A DNA stretch of 64,000 nucleotides from Candidatus Latescibacterota bacterium (GCA_965208125.1 OZ242320.1:4064001-4128000), one strand, 5' to 3'; positions 20,201 to 29,146 are shown, numbered from the stretch's first letter. Program-made: numbers and translations. The notes: generated by a model from the letters alone, not told the origin.

Positions 20201-21190
20201 TTATGACTCCCAGGGAATGGGTACATCGATCTCTGTGGCAATGTGTTGCAACATGTCGAGATGTTCTTCGGTCAGCGGGATACCGCTTTGCTCGCGTGTT
20301 TGTTCGCGTTGCCATTCCAAACTGCCGGGAACTTCGGCGCTCGACAAGCCCGGCATGGGGTTCAGTGACCGGCTTTCGCGCAAAATGCGAGAGATTTCTG
20401 CCTTATAAGCCTCCAAGTCTCCCAGTTGAGCCACATCAATCGCCACAATCATAAATCCCCGCGTGGCGCTTGAAAATTTTGGTCTGTGCGATTCAGGTGT
20501 TGCTGTGCCTGCTAAAATACCCGCCAGGAACCACGATGTAAATCGCATGCCCAAACTTTTAAAAATAAAATCCGGGAATGTCTGCAATGCCTCGGCGAGT
20601 TTGCTGCGGTCTTTCAACATGTTTGCATTCATGTCCAGTACAAAAGGCGGACCTTCTGCAGTTGGTATGCCAAAACACATCGGGGGGGCAGACATCGCAT
20701 CCCATACCGTTGCATCGGGGCGCGTCGGTTTGGTCCAGGCGATTCCCCCTGCCACGCAAAGGGTCGCCAGGTCGCGCGTTAGTGCCAGCCGCGCGTAGAT
20801 CCCCGCGCTGCCCACATGGCCGTGATTGCGCGTGCTCGCAACGGCAATGCCGTTTGTTTTCGCCTTTTCAATGACGGCCTCTGTTGCCCGCGTTGCTATG
20901 AGGTAACCCGCACCGCCATCGCCATCAAAAATCGCCATTGAAGGGGCATCCATGATCTGGACAATTTCGGGCTGTGGGTTAATGCGCCCTTCTCGAAACT
21001 CAGCCACATACCGCCGCAACTGTCGCGTGCCGTGTGAGGCCACCCCGCGCAAATCCACATCTACAAGATAGCGCGCGATCAACGCGGCATCGCCATCTGG
21101 CAAACCGACTTTGTGCAATGCTGCGGTAGCAAAGTCGCGCAACAGATCGGGCATGATACGCCTGGCGTCTTCGGGGATATAAACGGGCAT
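20201..21190 (-). CDS. Ldh_2 (malate/L-lactate dehydrogenase type 2) family oxidoreductase
   Basis: DLRGVASHG, DGDGGAG, RNHGHVG, LDM, VPGSLE. Confidence 0.85.
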   Translation of the reverse strand: MPVYIPEDARRIMPDLLRDFATAALHKVGLPDGDAALIARYLVDVDLRGVASHGTRQLRRYVAEFREGRINPQPEIVQIMDAPSMAIFDGDGGAGYLIATRATEAVIEKAKTNGIAVASTRNHGHVGSAGIYARLALTRDLATLCVAGGIAWTKPTRPDATVWDAMSAPPMCFGIPTAEGPPFVLDMNANMLKDRSKLAEALQTFPDFIFKSLGMRFTSWFLAGILAGTATPESHRPKFSSATRGFMIVAIDVAQLGDLEAYKAEISRILRESRSLNPMPGLSSAEVPGSLEWQREQTREQSGIPLTEEHLDMLQHIATEIDVPIPWES

Positions 21191-21211
21191 GAAGTCTCCT
21201 GCGAGGTGGAA

Positions 21212-22435
21212 TTACTGTTCCGTCCAACTGGCGATGAAGTCCGCCGTGCTGTAGTCCGAGGGCATTTCGTTGAAATAGTGCTTCATAGGGATGGACTGAA
21301 AGCCCGGCACAAAGTGTTCTTCGTCCGATTGGAGCAGTGCTTCGAGTGGGCTGAAGCGATCCCAGAGCAAGCAGGCTTCGTCAGAGGTGAATCGTTCGGC
21401 GAATTTCGATCCCCAGTTGAGCGTGATGGGATGTTTTCCCAGCAGGCGACGCTGGAGGTCTTCGGCGATGCCCTGAAGTGGGGGATCTTTTCGCAGTCGA
21501 ATCGCAAGTGCCGCTTTGCAGAGGAATACGGTTGACAGAATTCTACCTTTTTCGGCCCGCCACGGATGGAGGTTGTCCAGGGCGCTGAGATACGCGGTGC
21601 TATCTTTGGCAAGAATAGCCCTCAGTGCGTCTTCCGTGTGCTGCATCATCTGTTCGCTGCGGTTGTTCCAGCGCGCGAATGCCTCCTGTGCCTGCGGAGA
21701 GAGGTAGTTGGTAAACGAGAGGTCCTTGATTGAAGTGTGGGTCGAGAAGCCACCGTGGATGGTTCGCCGCATTTTGGGGCTGTAGTTGCTGCCCCAGTGG
21801 AGGATGGGGAGGATATAGACGACGCCGTCACCGGCTTCGAGGTGTGTCTGTACGCCATTGGGTAGTGGGCGGCAGGGGTCTGCCAACAATAGTTCGTTCT
21901 CTTCGGAGGTGTTCAGTCGCAGATGGCTGCCGGGTATCACCCAGAGGACGCTGTCGTCGTAGAGTGGGATGTTCCACTGGACGTAACGCGGGCCTCCTTC
22001 GAGGATGTCGTCGATATAGCCCTGGAGCGGTGCTGTGTCGATCGGATGATGATCTCGGTGCCACTTTGCCGGGCCGTGATTCCTGATGGGATTGCACATC
22101 ATCATCATTTCTGTGACGGCTCCGTCCGCGATATCGAGAAGTTCTGTGCTGACCCCGTGGATGTTTTCCTCGAGCCATACTTCGACCGCTGGCGCGGTCT
22201 CCTGGTCGATCTGATTGACGAGCGGCTGCCGTGAGAGTTGCAGGCGAGGCTGCGGCGCTGTTTCCCATACGCCTCCGGGGGGATCATTTCCCGCGCGCTC
22301 GGCTTTCCAGTTTTCGCGCTGGCGGTCAACGAGTGTTTCATACGCCTGTCGGACGCGTTCGAGTTTGTCGCGTGGCACAGCTTCCTTGACGATGAGGTAG
22401 CCGGTTTCTAAAAATTCGTCGCGGTTGAGTTTCAT
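21212..22435 (-). CDS. PhyH family dioxygenase with C-terminal extension
   Basis: FLETGYLIV, WHRD, WVIPGSH, ILHWGS..RRTIH. Confidence 0.82.
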   Translation of the reverse strand: MKLNRDEFLETGYLIVKEAVPRDKLERVRQAYETLVDRQRENWKAERAGNDPPGGVWETAPQPRLQLSRQPLVNQIDQETAPAVEVWLEENIHGVSTELLDIADGAVTEMMMMCNPIRNHGPAKWHRDHHPIDTAPLQGYIDDILEGGPRYVQWNIPLYDDSVLWVIPGSHLRLNTSEENELLLADPCRPLPNGVQTHLEAGDGVVYILPILHWGSNYSPKMRRTIHGGFSTHTSIKDLSFTNYLSPQAQEAFARWNNRSEQMMQHTEDALRAILAKDSTAYLSALDNLHPWRAEKGRILSTVFLCKAALAIRLRKDPPLQGIAEDLQRRLLGKHPITLNWGSKFAERFTSDEACLLWDRFSPLEALLQSDEEHFVPGFQSIPMKHYFNEMPSDYSTADFIASWTEQ

Positions 22436-22511
22436 GGATGACTCCAATCGGGGTAAAGGAGGACGGTGTCACCTAATATTGTGGCCTGTGGGCTGGGAAC
22501 CAGCCTTGTCC

Positions 22512-22826
22512 TTATACTTTAAGTCCTATGTCACATGGCTCAATCGCCTCTATTTCCTCGGCCTCAGATTGGGTGGCCTGATACAGATCCCAACGAAGTT
22601 GGAGATTCAGCCAAAACGCGGGCGACACATCGAAATATTTTGCCAGACGCAGGGCTGTGCTTGGCGTCATACCGCGGTGACCATTCACCAATTCGTTGAT
22701 CCTCTGATAAGGAACATGAATGGCATCGGCCAATTCGCGTTGCGTTAAACCCAAAGGATTGAGAAACTCCTCCAGCAGCATCTCGCCTGGATGAGTTGGA
22801 ACACGATTTGTTGGAATACGTACCAT
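22512..22826 (-). CDS. higA: HigA family addiction module antitoxin
   Basis: PTHPGEMLLEEFL, RINELVNG.RGMTPSTALRLAKYF..S..FWLNLQ..WDL. Confidence 0.93.
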   Translation of the reverse strand: MVRIPTNRVPTHPGEMLLEEFLNPLGLTQRELADAIHVPYQRINELVNGHRGMTPSTALRLAKYFDVSPAFWLNLQLRWDLYQATQSEAEEIEAIEPCDIGLKV

Positions 22827-22869
22827 TGAGGATATCCTCAGTGCCAGTACGCCGGAACAATTGAATCAT
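22822..22869 (-). pseudogene. higB: 5' remnant (16 codons) of higB toxin
   Basis: MIQLFRRTGTEDILNG resembles HigB N-termini (MIxSFxxxGTEDIFNG), then runs out of frame into higA. Confidence 0.7.
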
Positions 22870-22875
22870 GATAGC

Positions 22876-22904
22876 ATCATAACATGGAACCCATGCTATG
22901 TCAA
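22876..22904 (-). promoter_or_regulatory. higBA promoter with overlapping palindromic operator; leaderless start
   Basis: TTGACA-17 bp-TATGAT, 6 nt before ATG 22869; imperfect inverted repeat ATAGCATGG-gtt-CCATGTTAT. Confidence 0.75.
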
Positions 22905-23050
22905 TATGTCAGATGAGATTGATGTCGGGAACTGAGCATGTAATCCAAGTCTCATATCAGATAATGTTTTAATATACCTGAATCACATAGTGGTTGGGCG
23001 AATGACGTAAGCTCAAAGCCGGACAAGGACATGTTAGGCGAAGGCGCTTT

Positions 23051-23518
23051 CTACCCGGTCTGGATAAGTACGAAATTTTCATCATCGTTCGGAGGCTCAA
23101 AGCGATTGATGAATTCTGTAAATGCCTGATCGTTGATCCAGAGTGCATCGTGGTCGCTTTTAGAACGTGTTAGGACCCGGTTCCGCAGTACGTCAATGGG
23201 AGCGTCGAGGAAATAGAGTTTTGAGTCCGCGCCTATAGCCGCCGCCGCTTGCCTAACATTTTCGCGATCTCTTTTGTACCAGAATCCCTTATCGAGTATG
23301 ACATCTGTGCCGAGGGCGAGATTGCGCGTGGCAATGCGCCAGATCAGGTTGGAAACGCGGTTGAAAAGTACTTCAAACTGCTCGGGCGATCTGCCATAGA
23401 GTTGAACCATCCACTCGTCATAAGTGTATCGTATGGCTCTATGAGTCTTCTCAAGTTCCCGAGCAAAAGTGGTCTTGCCCGAACCCGGTCGGCCACAGAG
23501 TAAGTGAACGGTTGCCAT
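23051..23518 (-). CDS. AAA_33-type P-loop kinase
   Basis: CGRPGSGKTT, DEWM, DVILDKGFW...R, FEPP. Confidence 0.85.
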   Translation of the reverse strand: MATVHLLCGRPGSGKTTFARELEKTHRAIRYTYDEWMVQLYGRSPEQFEVLFNRVSNLIWRIATRNLALGTDVILDKGFWYKRDRENVRQAAAAIGADSKLYFLDAPIDVLRNRVLTRSKSDHDALWINDQAFTEFINRFEPPNDDENFVLIQTG

Positions 23519-23541
23519 TGTGTCTGATCGATACCTCTTTT

Positions 23542-24357
23542 TTAATCGTCTGGTTTCTGTCCGATGTAGAGTATGTGTCTGGATGAAGCCACCATGCTTT
23601 GTTCCGCGCTGATTTCGAATAGGAGATCCAACCAGAGATCTCTCTGTTTTCCCTTAAGCGTGTTGTAGCTTTCGTCGTTTGCGGAGATAGCTGGCTCGAC
23701 ACCTGCAATTTTGAGGGTGCGAAATCCCACATGCTCATGCATGGGGGCGATTTCTTCCTGCCGAACATAATAGCCCCGAAAACCCCCTTTTGGAGCATTG
23801 GCGGGGCGGTGGCCTTGTTCTATATGTGACCAAACCTCTTCCTGATTTTCAATCCACGAAGGGTTGTCCTTGACGAGGTTCCCAAGAATGCCAAATCTGG
23901 AAATCATTGCAGAAAAGATTACGCCCCCTGGTTTCAGGCAGGCGTAGGCGGATCGCAGGGCTGCTGTTCGGTCGGTTTCAAGTAATAGGTGATAGAGAGG
24001 CCCCATGAGGAGAACAGCTTCGAATTCGCCACGCGGAATCCCATCCAGTTGGCGCGCATCGCCAGTGCGGAAAACGATTTGATCAGAAAGGTTAAGCTCT
24101 TCCGCTTTCGCCTTGCATCGGGTGACGTACTCGTCGGCGAGGTCAATAGCCGTGATCTGGTGGCCTCGTTTTGCCAGGGGAAAGGTATAAAATCCCGTGC
24201 CGAAACCAATTTCGAGGAGCCTGCCGCGAGGAGGAAGGTATAGGTTCAGATAGCGCCAGGTGATATCTGCTTCGAGTTGGTGGCGTTCCAACCTGTTCGC
24301 CTCTACATCCCAGGCAGCGTTGTAAAACTCGCGTATGTCGGTCAGGTCGTCCATCAT
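23542..24357 (-). CDS. Class I SAM-dependent methyltransferase
   Basis: LLEIGFGTG, GDAR, VLLMGPLYHL, LKPGG. Confidence 0.9.
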   Translation of the reverse strand: MMDDLTDIREFYNAAWDVEANRLERHQLEADITWRYLNLYLPPRGRLLEIGFGTGFYTFPLAKRGHQITAIDLADEYVTRCKAKAEELNLSDQIVFRTGDARQLDGIPRGEFEAVLLMGPLYHLLLETDRTAALRSAYACLKPGGVIFSAMISRFGILGNLVKDNPSWIENQEEVWSHIEQGHRPANAPKGGFRGYYVRQEEIAPMHEHVGFRTLKIAGVEPAISANDESYNTLKGKQRDLWLDLLFEISAEQSMVASSRHILYIGQKPDD

Positions 24358-24394
24358 GTCAGCGGATCGCTCTATCTACCTGTGGTCCTTTCCG

Positions 24395-25489
24395 TTACCT
24401 CGGCTCGTTGGGATATAAATTCTCTACATATTTGTCATACCCGTTGAACAACAGGGTCGGACGTATTTCGGGATTCGAAGCATTGGTGGTGATAAACCGT
24501 TCCTGGGCTTGAGACCACCGGGGATGGGCGACCTTGGGATTGACATTGGCAAAGAAGCCATATTCCCTTGGGCGGAGCGTATTCCAGAAGGTCCTCGGCT
24601 GCTCGCGGACAAACTCAATGCTCACGAGCGATTTGATGCTCTTAAAGCCGTATTTCCAGGGCGCGACCAGACGGATGGGTGCCCCGTGCTGGTTGGGCAT
24701 TTCGTGGCCGTAAATCCCCGTGGCTATAAAAGCGAGTTCGTTTGTCGCTTCTTCCATCGTCAGCCCTTCGACATAGGGCCAGGGATAGTGGGGGGCGTTG
24801 AGCTGACCAGGAGCCTGATTCGGATCCAGAAAGGTTGTCATCTTGACGAAGTTTGCCGTAGAAAGCGGTTGTACCAAATCTATGAGGGCTTTCATCGGAA
24901 AACCGGTCCACGGTATCGCCATAGACCACGCCTCTACACACCGCAAGCGGTAAAGCCGTTCCTCCAGCGGAATAGCGCGGACCAGATCACCAAAATCGTA
25001 TGTCTTTTCCTGGGGGACCTCTCCCTTGATTACCACTGTCCAGGGGTCTGTCATGAAGTTTTCCGATAGCGGCTTCACCTGCGTCTTTCCGGTGCTGAAT
25101 TCATAAAAATTATTGTATGATCCGGCTATTGACTCCTCGGTTAAAGGCCGGTCCAGTTCATTGAATTCATCATTGAGTTGAGCGGGGTAAAGCGGTTGCG
25201 GCGGCTGTGGTGGTTGCGGCGGATCCGGCGGTTGCTGTGGCGGTTGTGGTGGTTGCTGTGGATCCTGAGGTTGCTGTGGTTGTTGCGGTTGCTGCGGTGG
25301 TTGTGGTTGTTGAGGCTCCTCTGTCGGCGTAGTGGGTGCTCTTTCAGCAGGGGTAAAAATCTTCTCATGTCCGCAGCCTGCTAACGCTCCCAGGGCACCT
25401 CCTGTGGCCACCATAAACTTTCGCCGGTTCATATAAACATCTTCCGGCGTGGCCTCTCTCTCGGGTATTTCCCAACCTCGTTTTGGCAT
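24395..25489 (-). CDS. msrP: Protein-methionine-sulfoxide reductase catalytic subunit MsrP with P/Q-rich linker
   Basis: EREATPE.VYMNRRKF Tat signal, YNNFYEF, RLRCVEAWSM, QHGAPIRLVAPWKYGFKSIK, HPRWSQA. Confidence 0.92.
   Translation of the reverse strand: MPKRGWEIPEREATPEDVYMNRRKFMVATGGALGALAGCGHEKIFTPAERAPTTPTEEPQQPQPPQQPQQPQQPQDPQQPPQPPQQPPDPPQPPQPPQPLYPAQLNDEFNELDRPLTEESIAGSYNNFYEFSTGKTQVKPLSENFMTDPWTVVIKGEVPQEKTYDFGDLVRAIPLEERLYRLRCVEAWSMAIPWTGFPMKALIDLVQPLSTANFVKMTTFLDPNQAPGQLNAPHYPWPYVEGLTMEEATNELAFIATGIYGHEMPNQHGAPIRLVAPWKYGFKSIKSLVSIEFVREQPRTFWNTLRPREYGFFANVNPKVAHPRWSQAQERFITTNASNPEIRPTLLFNGYDKYVENLYPNEPR
25193..25315 (-). repeat. Low-complexity tandem repeat encoding a 41-aa Pro/Gln linker in MsrP
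   Basis: PQQPQPPQQPQQPQQPQDPQQPPQPPQQPPDPPQPPQPPQP. Confidence 0.9.
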
Positions 25490-25517
25490 ATAAAACCTCC
25501 TTGATCAGATTCCCGGC

Positions 25518-26369
25518 TTATCTTTTAAATGCTATTCCAAACAAAAACGTATTTCCCGCAGAGGTGTTGCAGCCCGTTGCGATGCGAATCATATCCACGC
25601 TCAGTTCCATCCAATCGGTTAAACGGTAAATCACTCCAGGAGAGAGTTTTAAGACACTCTGGTCACCGATCAATCCCACCTCTTCAACCGGGTTGCATGT
25701 TCCGAAGCTACGGATACCAGAAAGATACCCTTTGAACAGGAACCGGTCCACTGTAATCCCGACCTCCAGGGCATAAAACCATTCATTACTGATGTCTCCT
25801 CCGCGGACCCGGTAGCCTATCTCTCCGGTCACGTAAATTGGAGCAGGGTACAGCGACTGGCCCAGTAACAGCCGAATATCTGCATCCATCTTTTTAGAAC
25901 TCAGGGGAACCCGCGTGTTGGGGTCGTCATCGTGCCACAGTGGAATTTTACCCCCTATGGCCAGTGATGCGACCACGGGCTGATTGGCCAAAAGCCACCG
26001 CAAACGCATTTCCATGTCGCCAAACCCCCATCGACGCTCCAGAGCTGTTCCTGTAATAACCTCATCGAGATCTCTCAGGGTGCGGGTATCCTGCAGCCGT
26101 TTGTAGGGGACGGAAGATACAAGCGTTAGCCGGTCCAGCAGGCCGTATTCCAGATAGGCAGAATAATTGAGGTCTCTCAGTTCCCCCATATTTGCTTTCT
26201 GAATCTGCTCGCCGTTGGCATCAATATCTATGGTCGAGTTCAAATAGCTGGCTCCGACTTTGAAATAATAGCCACCCTTTTTCTGAGTCCACGCGCCAGC
26301 AAATGCCGCAGACGTCAGGCCCAGATAGGTGGCGCATATAGCGAGAAAAAACAGACTTCGATATATCAT
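25518..26369 (-). CDS. Putative outer-membrane beta-barrel protein
   Basis: Signal peptide then AGAWTQ.KG..YFK, YLEYGL.DRLT, GFGD, alternating beta-strand pattern. Confidence 0.6.
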   Translation of the reverse strand: MIYRSLFFLAICATYLGLTSAAFAGAWTQKKGGYYFKVGASYLNSTIDIDANGEQIQKANMGELRDLNYSAYLEYGLLDRLTLVSSVPYKRLQDTRTLRDLDEVITGTALERRWGFGDMEMRLRWLLANQPVVASLAIGGKIPLWHDDDPNTRVPLSSKKMDADIRLLLGQSLYPAPIYVTGEIGYRVRGGDISNEWFYALEVGITVDRFLFKGYLSGIRSFGTCNPVEEVGLIGDQSVLKLSPGVIYRLTDWMELSVDMIRIATGCNTSAGNTFLFGIAFKR

Positions 26370-26449
26370 TGGTTTACCCCATATTTCGAGAGGTTTTATT
26401 GATCGTGTCAGCATTATAAAGCCTGTAATCAATTTAAGTTCCTCTTCCC

Positions 26450-27943
26450 TCAGCCCTCTTCGATGACGGCCGTGTGGGCAGTCATCGTCGCACTGGGCGA
26501 AAGTCGCGGTCTCAGGTTGCTGGCAGTCGTCAGCCCCCGGAGCCTTACTTGCCGGCAGGGGGTGTATGGGAAAGGACGTTGCTCAGATGCGGAGGCCTGT
26601 TCTACGCCATCGTGGAAGTCGTCCGGGGTGGTGAATAAGTACATGCCCTTGTAATTATCGGGCGTATTGGAATCATCTACGAATAGTCCGTCGATAACGA
26701 CTTCTTCGGGCATAGAGCAGGGGTATCCGAAATCGTGCATGCCGTCGTTGGCAACATTGATCATGTGAGGCTGACAGATGTCTCCACAAGCCGGAATCCA
26801 TCGGCAGTTGCGGATCTCGAGCGCTCCCTCCCATGTGCTGCCATAGTCGCGCCGAAAGGAGACCAGGCTACTGCCGTACAACGTAGAATCCTCGACTATT
26901 AGCTGGCCTCTGCCGATCGCGTTTAGCCCCATATGGCCCAGGGTGCAGCGACGGATAACGTAGGTGCCGGAAACACCCATGTGCGTGTCCATTCTGGAGA
27001 GATGGCAGTCCTCGAGCAGGATGTCCTTGCAGAAGTTGGATCCGATCACGCCCCAGCGCGTGCGGTCGGTGATGTGGTTCATCCGACATCCAATCATTGT
27101 GAATCCCACGACGTTGTTCGCATTGTAGTCGTAGGTACCCATACTGACTGGCTTACCCGCCGCGCCGATGGTCGAGTAGATTTTGTGCCCGGTGGCGAAG
27201 CAGTTGCGCAGTGTGATATAGGCACACTGTTGCACGCTGATGAATCCGGAATAAGGACAGCCCACGGCGGTCTCGCCGACGACATAGTGGGTCAGGCCCG
27301 CGACTTCTGTCTTCGAGCGGGAGATCACAATGTTCCGGTTCCAGTAGTTGTAACCTTTTGGGTGGTGCTCGCGGTTGGCAAATGTGGTAAAGACGCCGCC
27401 GCGCAGGTAGAGCGTCTGGTCGTCAATTGGCCGCGCCTCCACCCGGGTGATCAGATCGTATTCCCAATCGATGTCCGCCTCCACCGAGCCGTCTCGGCGC
27501 AGGACAAAGCAGTCGTGCTGAGGAGTGCCGTCGTTCTGGTTGAGTCCTCGCCGGATATACAGTCTCTTGTGCGCGTTTTCCACGAGGACGTGACAGTCGC
27601 GCTTCGGCCGCGTATCCACCTGTCTCTGGTCTCTCGTGAGCCGATCGATCTGCAGTTCCTCCGGTTCCAACAGCGAGCGTACTTCAAAGAGATGCGCCTT
27701 GTGGTCTTCAACCTGTGTGTCGTCGATCGTGAAACGGGAGGTGTTCCAGTCGGTATCGGTTGCGATCACGGCGGTCAGTGCCTGACCACCGAGATGGTAC
27801 GTCGCATCTGGCTTTGTCCTGACACTCAGCCCGTGCGCGTTGGCATAGGCGTGTGCCTCGCAGATCGCCGGCATGTCATCCGTGACGCCGTCGCCCTTTG
27901 CACCGAAAGCCTCGTAGTCTATCGGGCCTTCTTTAAAATCCAT
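26450..27943 (-). CDS. Hypothetical right-handed beta-helix (pectate lyase-like) protein
   Basis: N-terminal YEAFGAKGDGVTDD motif; repeated I.I.NC strands. Confidence 0.6.
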   Translation of the reverse strand: MDFKEGPIDYEAFGAKGDGVTDDMPAICEAHAYANAHGLSVRTKPDATYHLGGQALTAVIATDTDWNTSRFTIDDTQVEDHKAHLFEVRSLLEPEELQIDRLTRDQRQVDTRPKRDCHVLVENAHKRLYIRRGLNQNDGTPQHDCFVLRRDGSVEADIDWEYDLITRVEARPIDDQTLYLRGGVFTTFANREHHPKGYNYWNRNIVISRSKTEVAGLTHYVVGETAVGCPYSGFISVQQCAYITLRNCFATGHKIYSTIGAAGKPVSMGTYDYNANNVVGFTMIGCRMNHITDRTRWGVIGSNFCKDILLEDCHLSRMDTHMGVSGTYVIRRCTLGHMGLNAIGRGQLIVEDSTLYGSSLVSFRRDYGSTWEGALEIRNCRWIPACGDICQPHMINVANDGMHDFGYPCSMPEEVVIDGLFVDDSNTPDNYKGMYLFTTPDDFHDGVEQASASEQRPFPYTPCRQVRLRGLTTASNLRPRLSPSATMTAHTAVIEEG

Positions 27944-27962
27944 GGATGTCTCCTTTTAAATG

Positions 27963-28469
27963 CTATCTCGGTCCCTTGTATTTCCTACCGCGATCAGCCA
28001 CACGGCGCTCTCTGACCAGCGCCATGATTGGAACCCCATAGCCGCAACTCGTTTGCGTTTTTTCAATGTTCACTTCAATCACTTGCCGAGGTTTCTTCAA
28101 TTCTTGAGCAGGTCTTTTGAGCATCTTACGTGCGAGAAGCGAGTCGTCAAGCTCAACGATATGCGCCTGTCCATAGAGTCGGACAATGCCCGCATCACCT
28201 TCCTCAAATGAGCACACCATGATCGTGATTGGACCTCCAGAGATCGCATGACGCGCTGTCTCGTTCCCACTGCCGGGATAGTCGAGGTAGGCAACGCGAT
28301 TTGGCGTGAGAATATGCAAGGGTGTTCCACCCTTTGGCGACAAATTTACAGCACCTGTCCCATCAGGTCCGTTTTCCAAATTTGGATCGGCTGTCGCCAC
28401 AAAGAATAGGGGAGCGTTCTCGATGAGCGCGGCCTGCTCATCCGTTATAGAAGTGTATTGCGTTGCCAT
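27963..28469 (-). CDS. Pyridoxamine 5'-phosphate oxidase family FMN-binding protein
   Basis: LFFVATA, NLSPKG, YLDYPGSGNET, CSF...IVRLYG, QTSCGYGVP. Confidence 0.88.
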   Translation of the reverse strand: MATQYTSITDEQAALIENAPLFFVATADPNLENGPDGTGAVNLSPKGGTPLHILTPNRVAYLDYPGSGNETARHAISGGPITIMVCSFEEGDAGIVRLYGQAHIVELDDSLLARKMLKRPAQELKKPRQVIEVNIEKTQTSCGYGVPIMALVRERRVADRGRKYKGPR

Positions 28470-28486
28470 TTCGCGTATGTCTCCTT

Positions 28487-28915
28487 TTAGCGGCGGTATT
28501 TGGCTAACTCGGTTTTGACCTTGTGGAAAAGATCAGGCTGAATTTCCGGATAGGTCAGTTTTTCCGGAAGATCATTATCGAGAGAGATTTCCGATATTTC
28601 AGAATTGGGCATTTTCTTCAGTTTTTCTACGTGAGCGTGAAACAGGAGGCCATAAGAGGTCCGTTCCTCGTGTTCTACCGAATATGCACAGAGTCTCTTC
28701 AGTTCAAAAACTTCTGCGCCAGTCTCCTCCTGTAGTTCTCTTGCCGCAGCCTCCATCGGCTTCTCCCCAGGCTCAATGTGTCCGCCGGGAATTTCCCATG
28801 TATCTCTGTCTTTGTGTTTGCAGAAGATCCATTTGCCTTTGGTCTCAGCAACAATAACTACGTATGTGAGATCGCTATCTGTGATAGTTCCCATTTCGGG
28901 ACATGAAACGACCAC
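28487..28915 (-). CDS. NUDIX hydrolase
   Basis: WEIPGGHIEPGE...EAAARELQEETG Nudix box; LTYPEIQP. Confidence 0.9.
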   Translation of the reverse strand: MVVSCPEMGTITDSDLTYVVIVAETKGKWIFCKHKDRDTWEIPGGHIEPGEKPMEAAARELQEETGAEVFELKRLCAYSVEHEERTSYGLLFHAHVEKLKKMPNSEISEISLDNDLPEKLTYPEIQPDLFHKVKTELAKYRR

Positions 28916-29146
28916 TTAATTTCTCCAGAGCTTAACATTGAGAGGTTTTGTCCGTCCGGCTCTGTGTGCTACAATGGCCTCATCGGCCAACCGCTCCAGT
29001 AAATCCTCGGACTCAGGGCGGCTAAATAACTCAGCCCATCGCTGATCCGACTCAAGTTCGGCCATCAGGAAACGCGCAAATTGATCCTGTTTCTCTTGTG
29101 GGAGTTTGGTGGCTCTCTCAAAAGCTTTTTGAAGAAGTGGGGTCAT
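28916..29146 (-). CDS. Probable type II antitoxin (orphan)
   Basis: MT.LL.KAF..A.KLP...QD.FA..L..ELESD.RW...F...L..LADEA...HRAGRT.PL pattern of small antitoxins that usually precede RelE/ParE-like toxins. Confidence 0.6.
   Translation of the reverse strand: MTPLLQKAFERATKLPQEKQDQFARFLMAELESDQRWAELFSRPESEDLLERLADEAIVAHRAGRTKPLNVKLWRN

Noticed and set aside
22564-22869. 101-aa ORF as an intact HigB toxin
   Set aside because: Only the first 16 codons look HigB-like; the rest is an alternative frame of higA
22504-23028. 8-bp inverted repeats (ccttgtcc/ggacaagg) flanking the higBA module as transposon ends
   Set aside because: Too short, do not extend, and no target duplication or transposase
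16561-24370. Shared 9-mer gcggatcgc in two junctions as a recombination motif
   Set aside because: Short, in different positions relative to the genes, and absent from other junctions
25193-25315. Non-coding tandem repeat or CRISPR-like array
   Set aside because: It is an in-frame Pro/Gln codon repeat inside msrP
26933-28015. Long plus-strand ORFs (also 16319-17218, 58210-59163, 6823-7557)
   Set aside because: Antisense shadows of well-supported minus-strand genes, with no recognisable motifs
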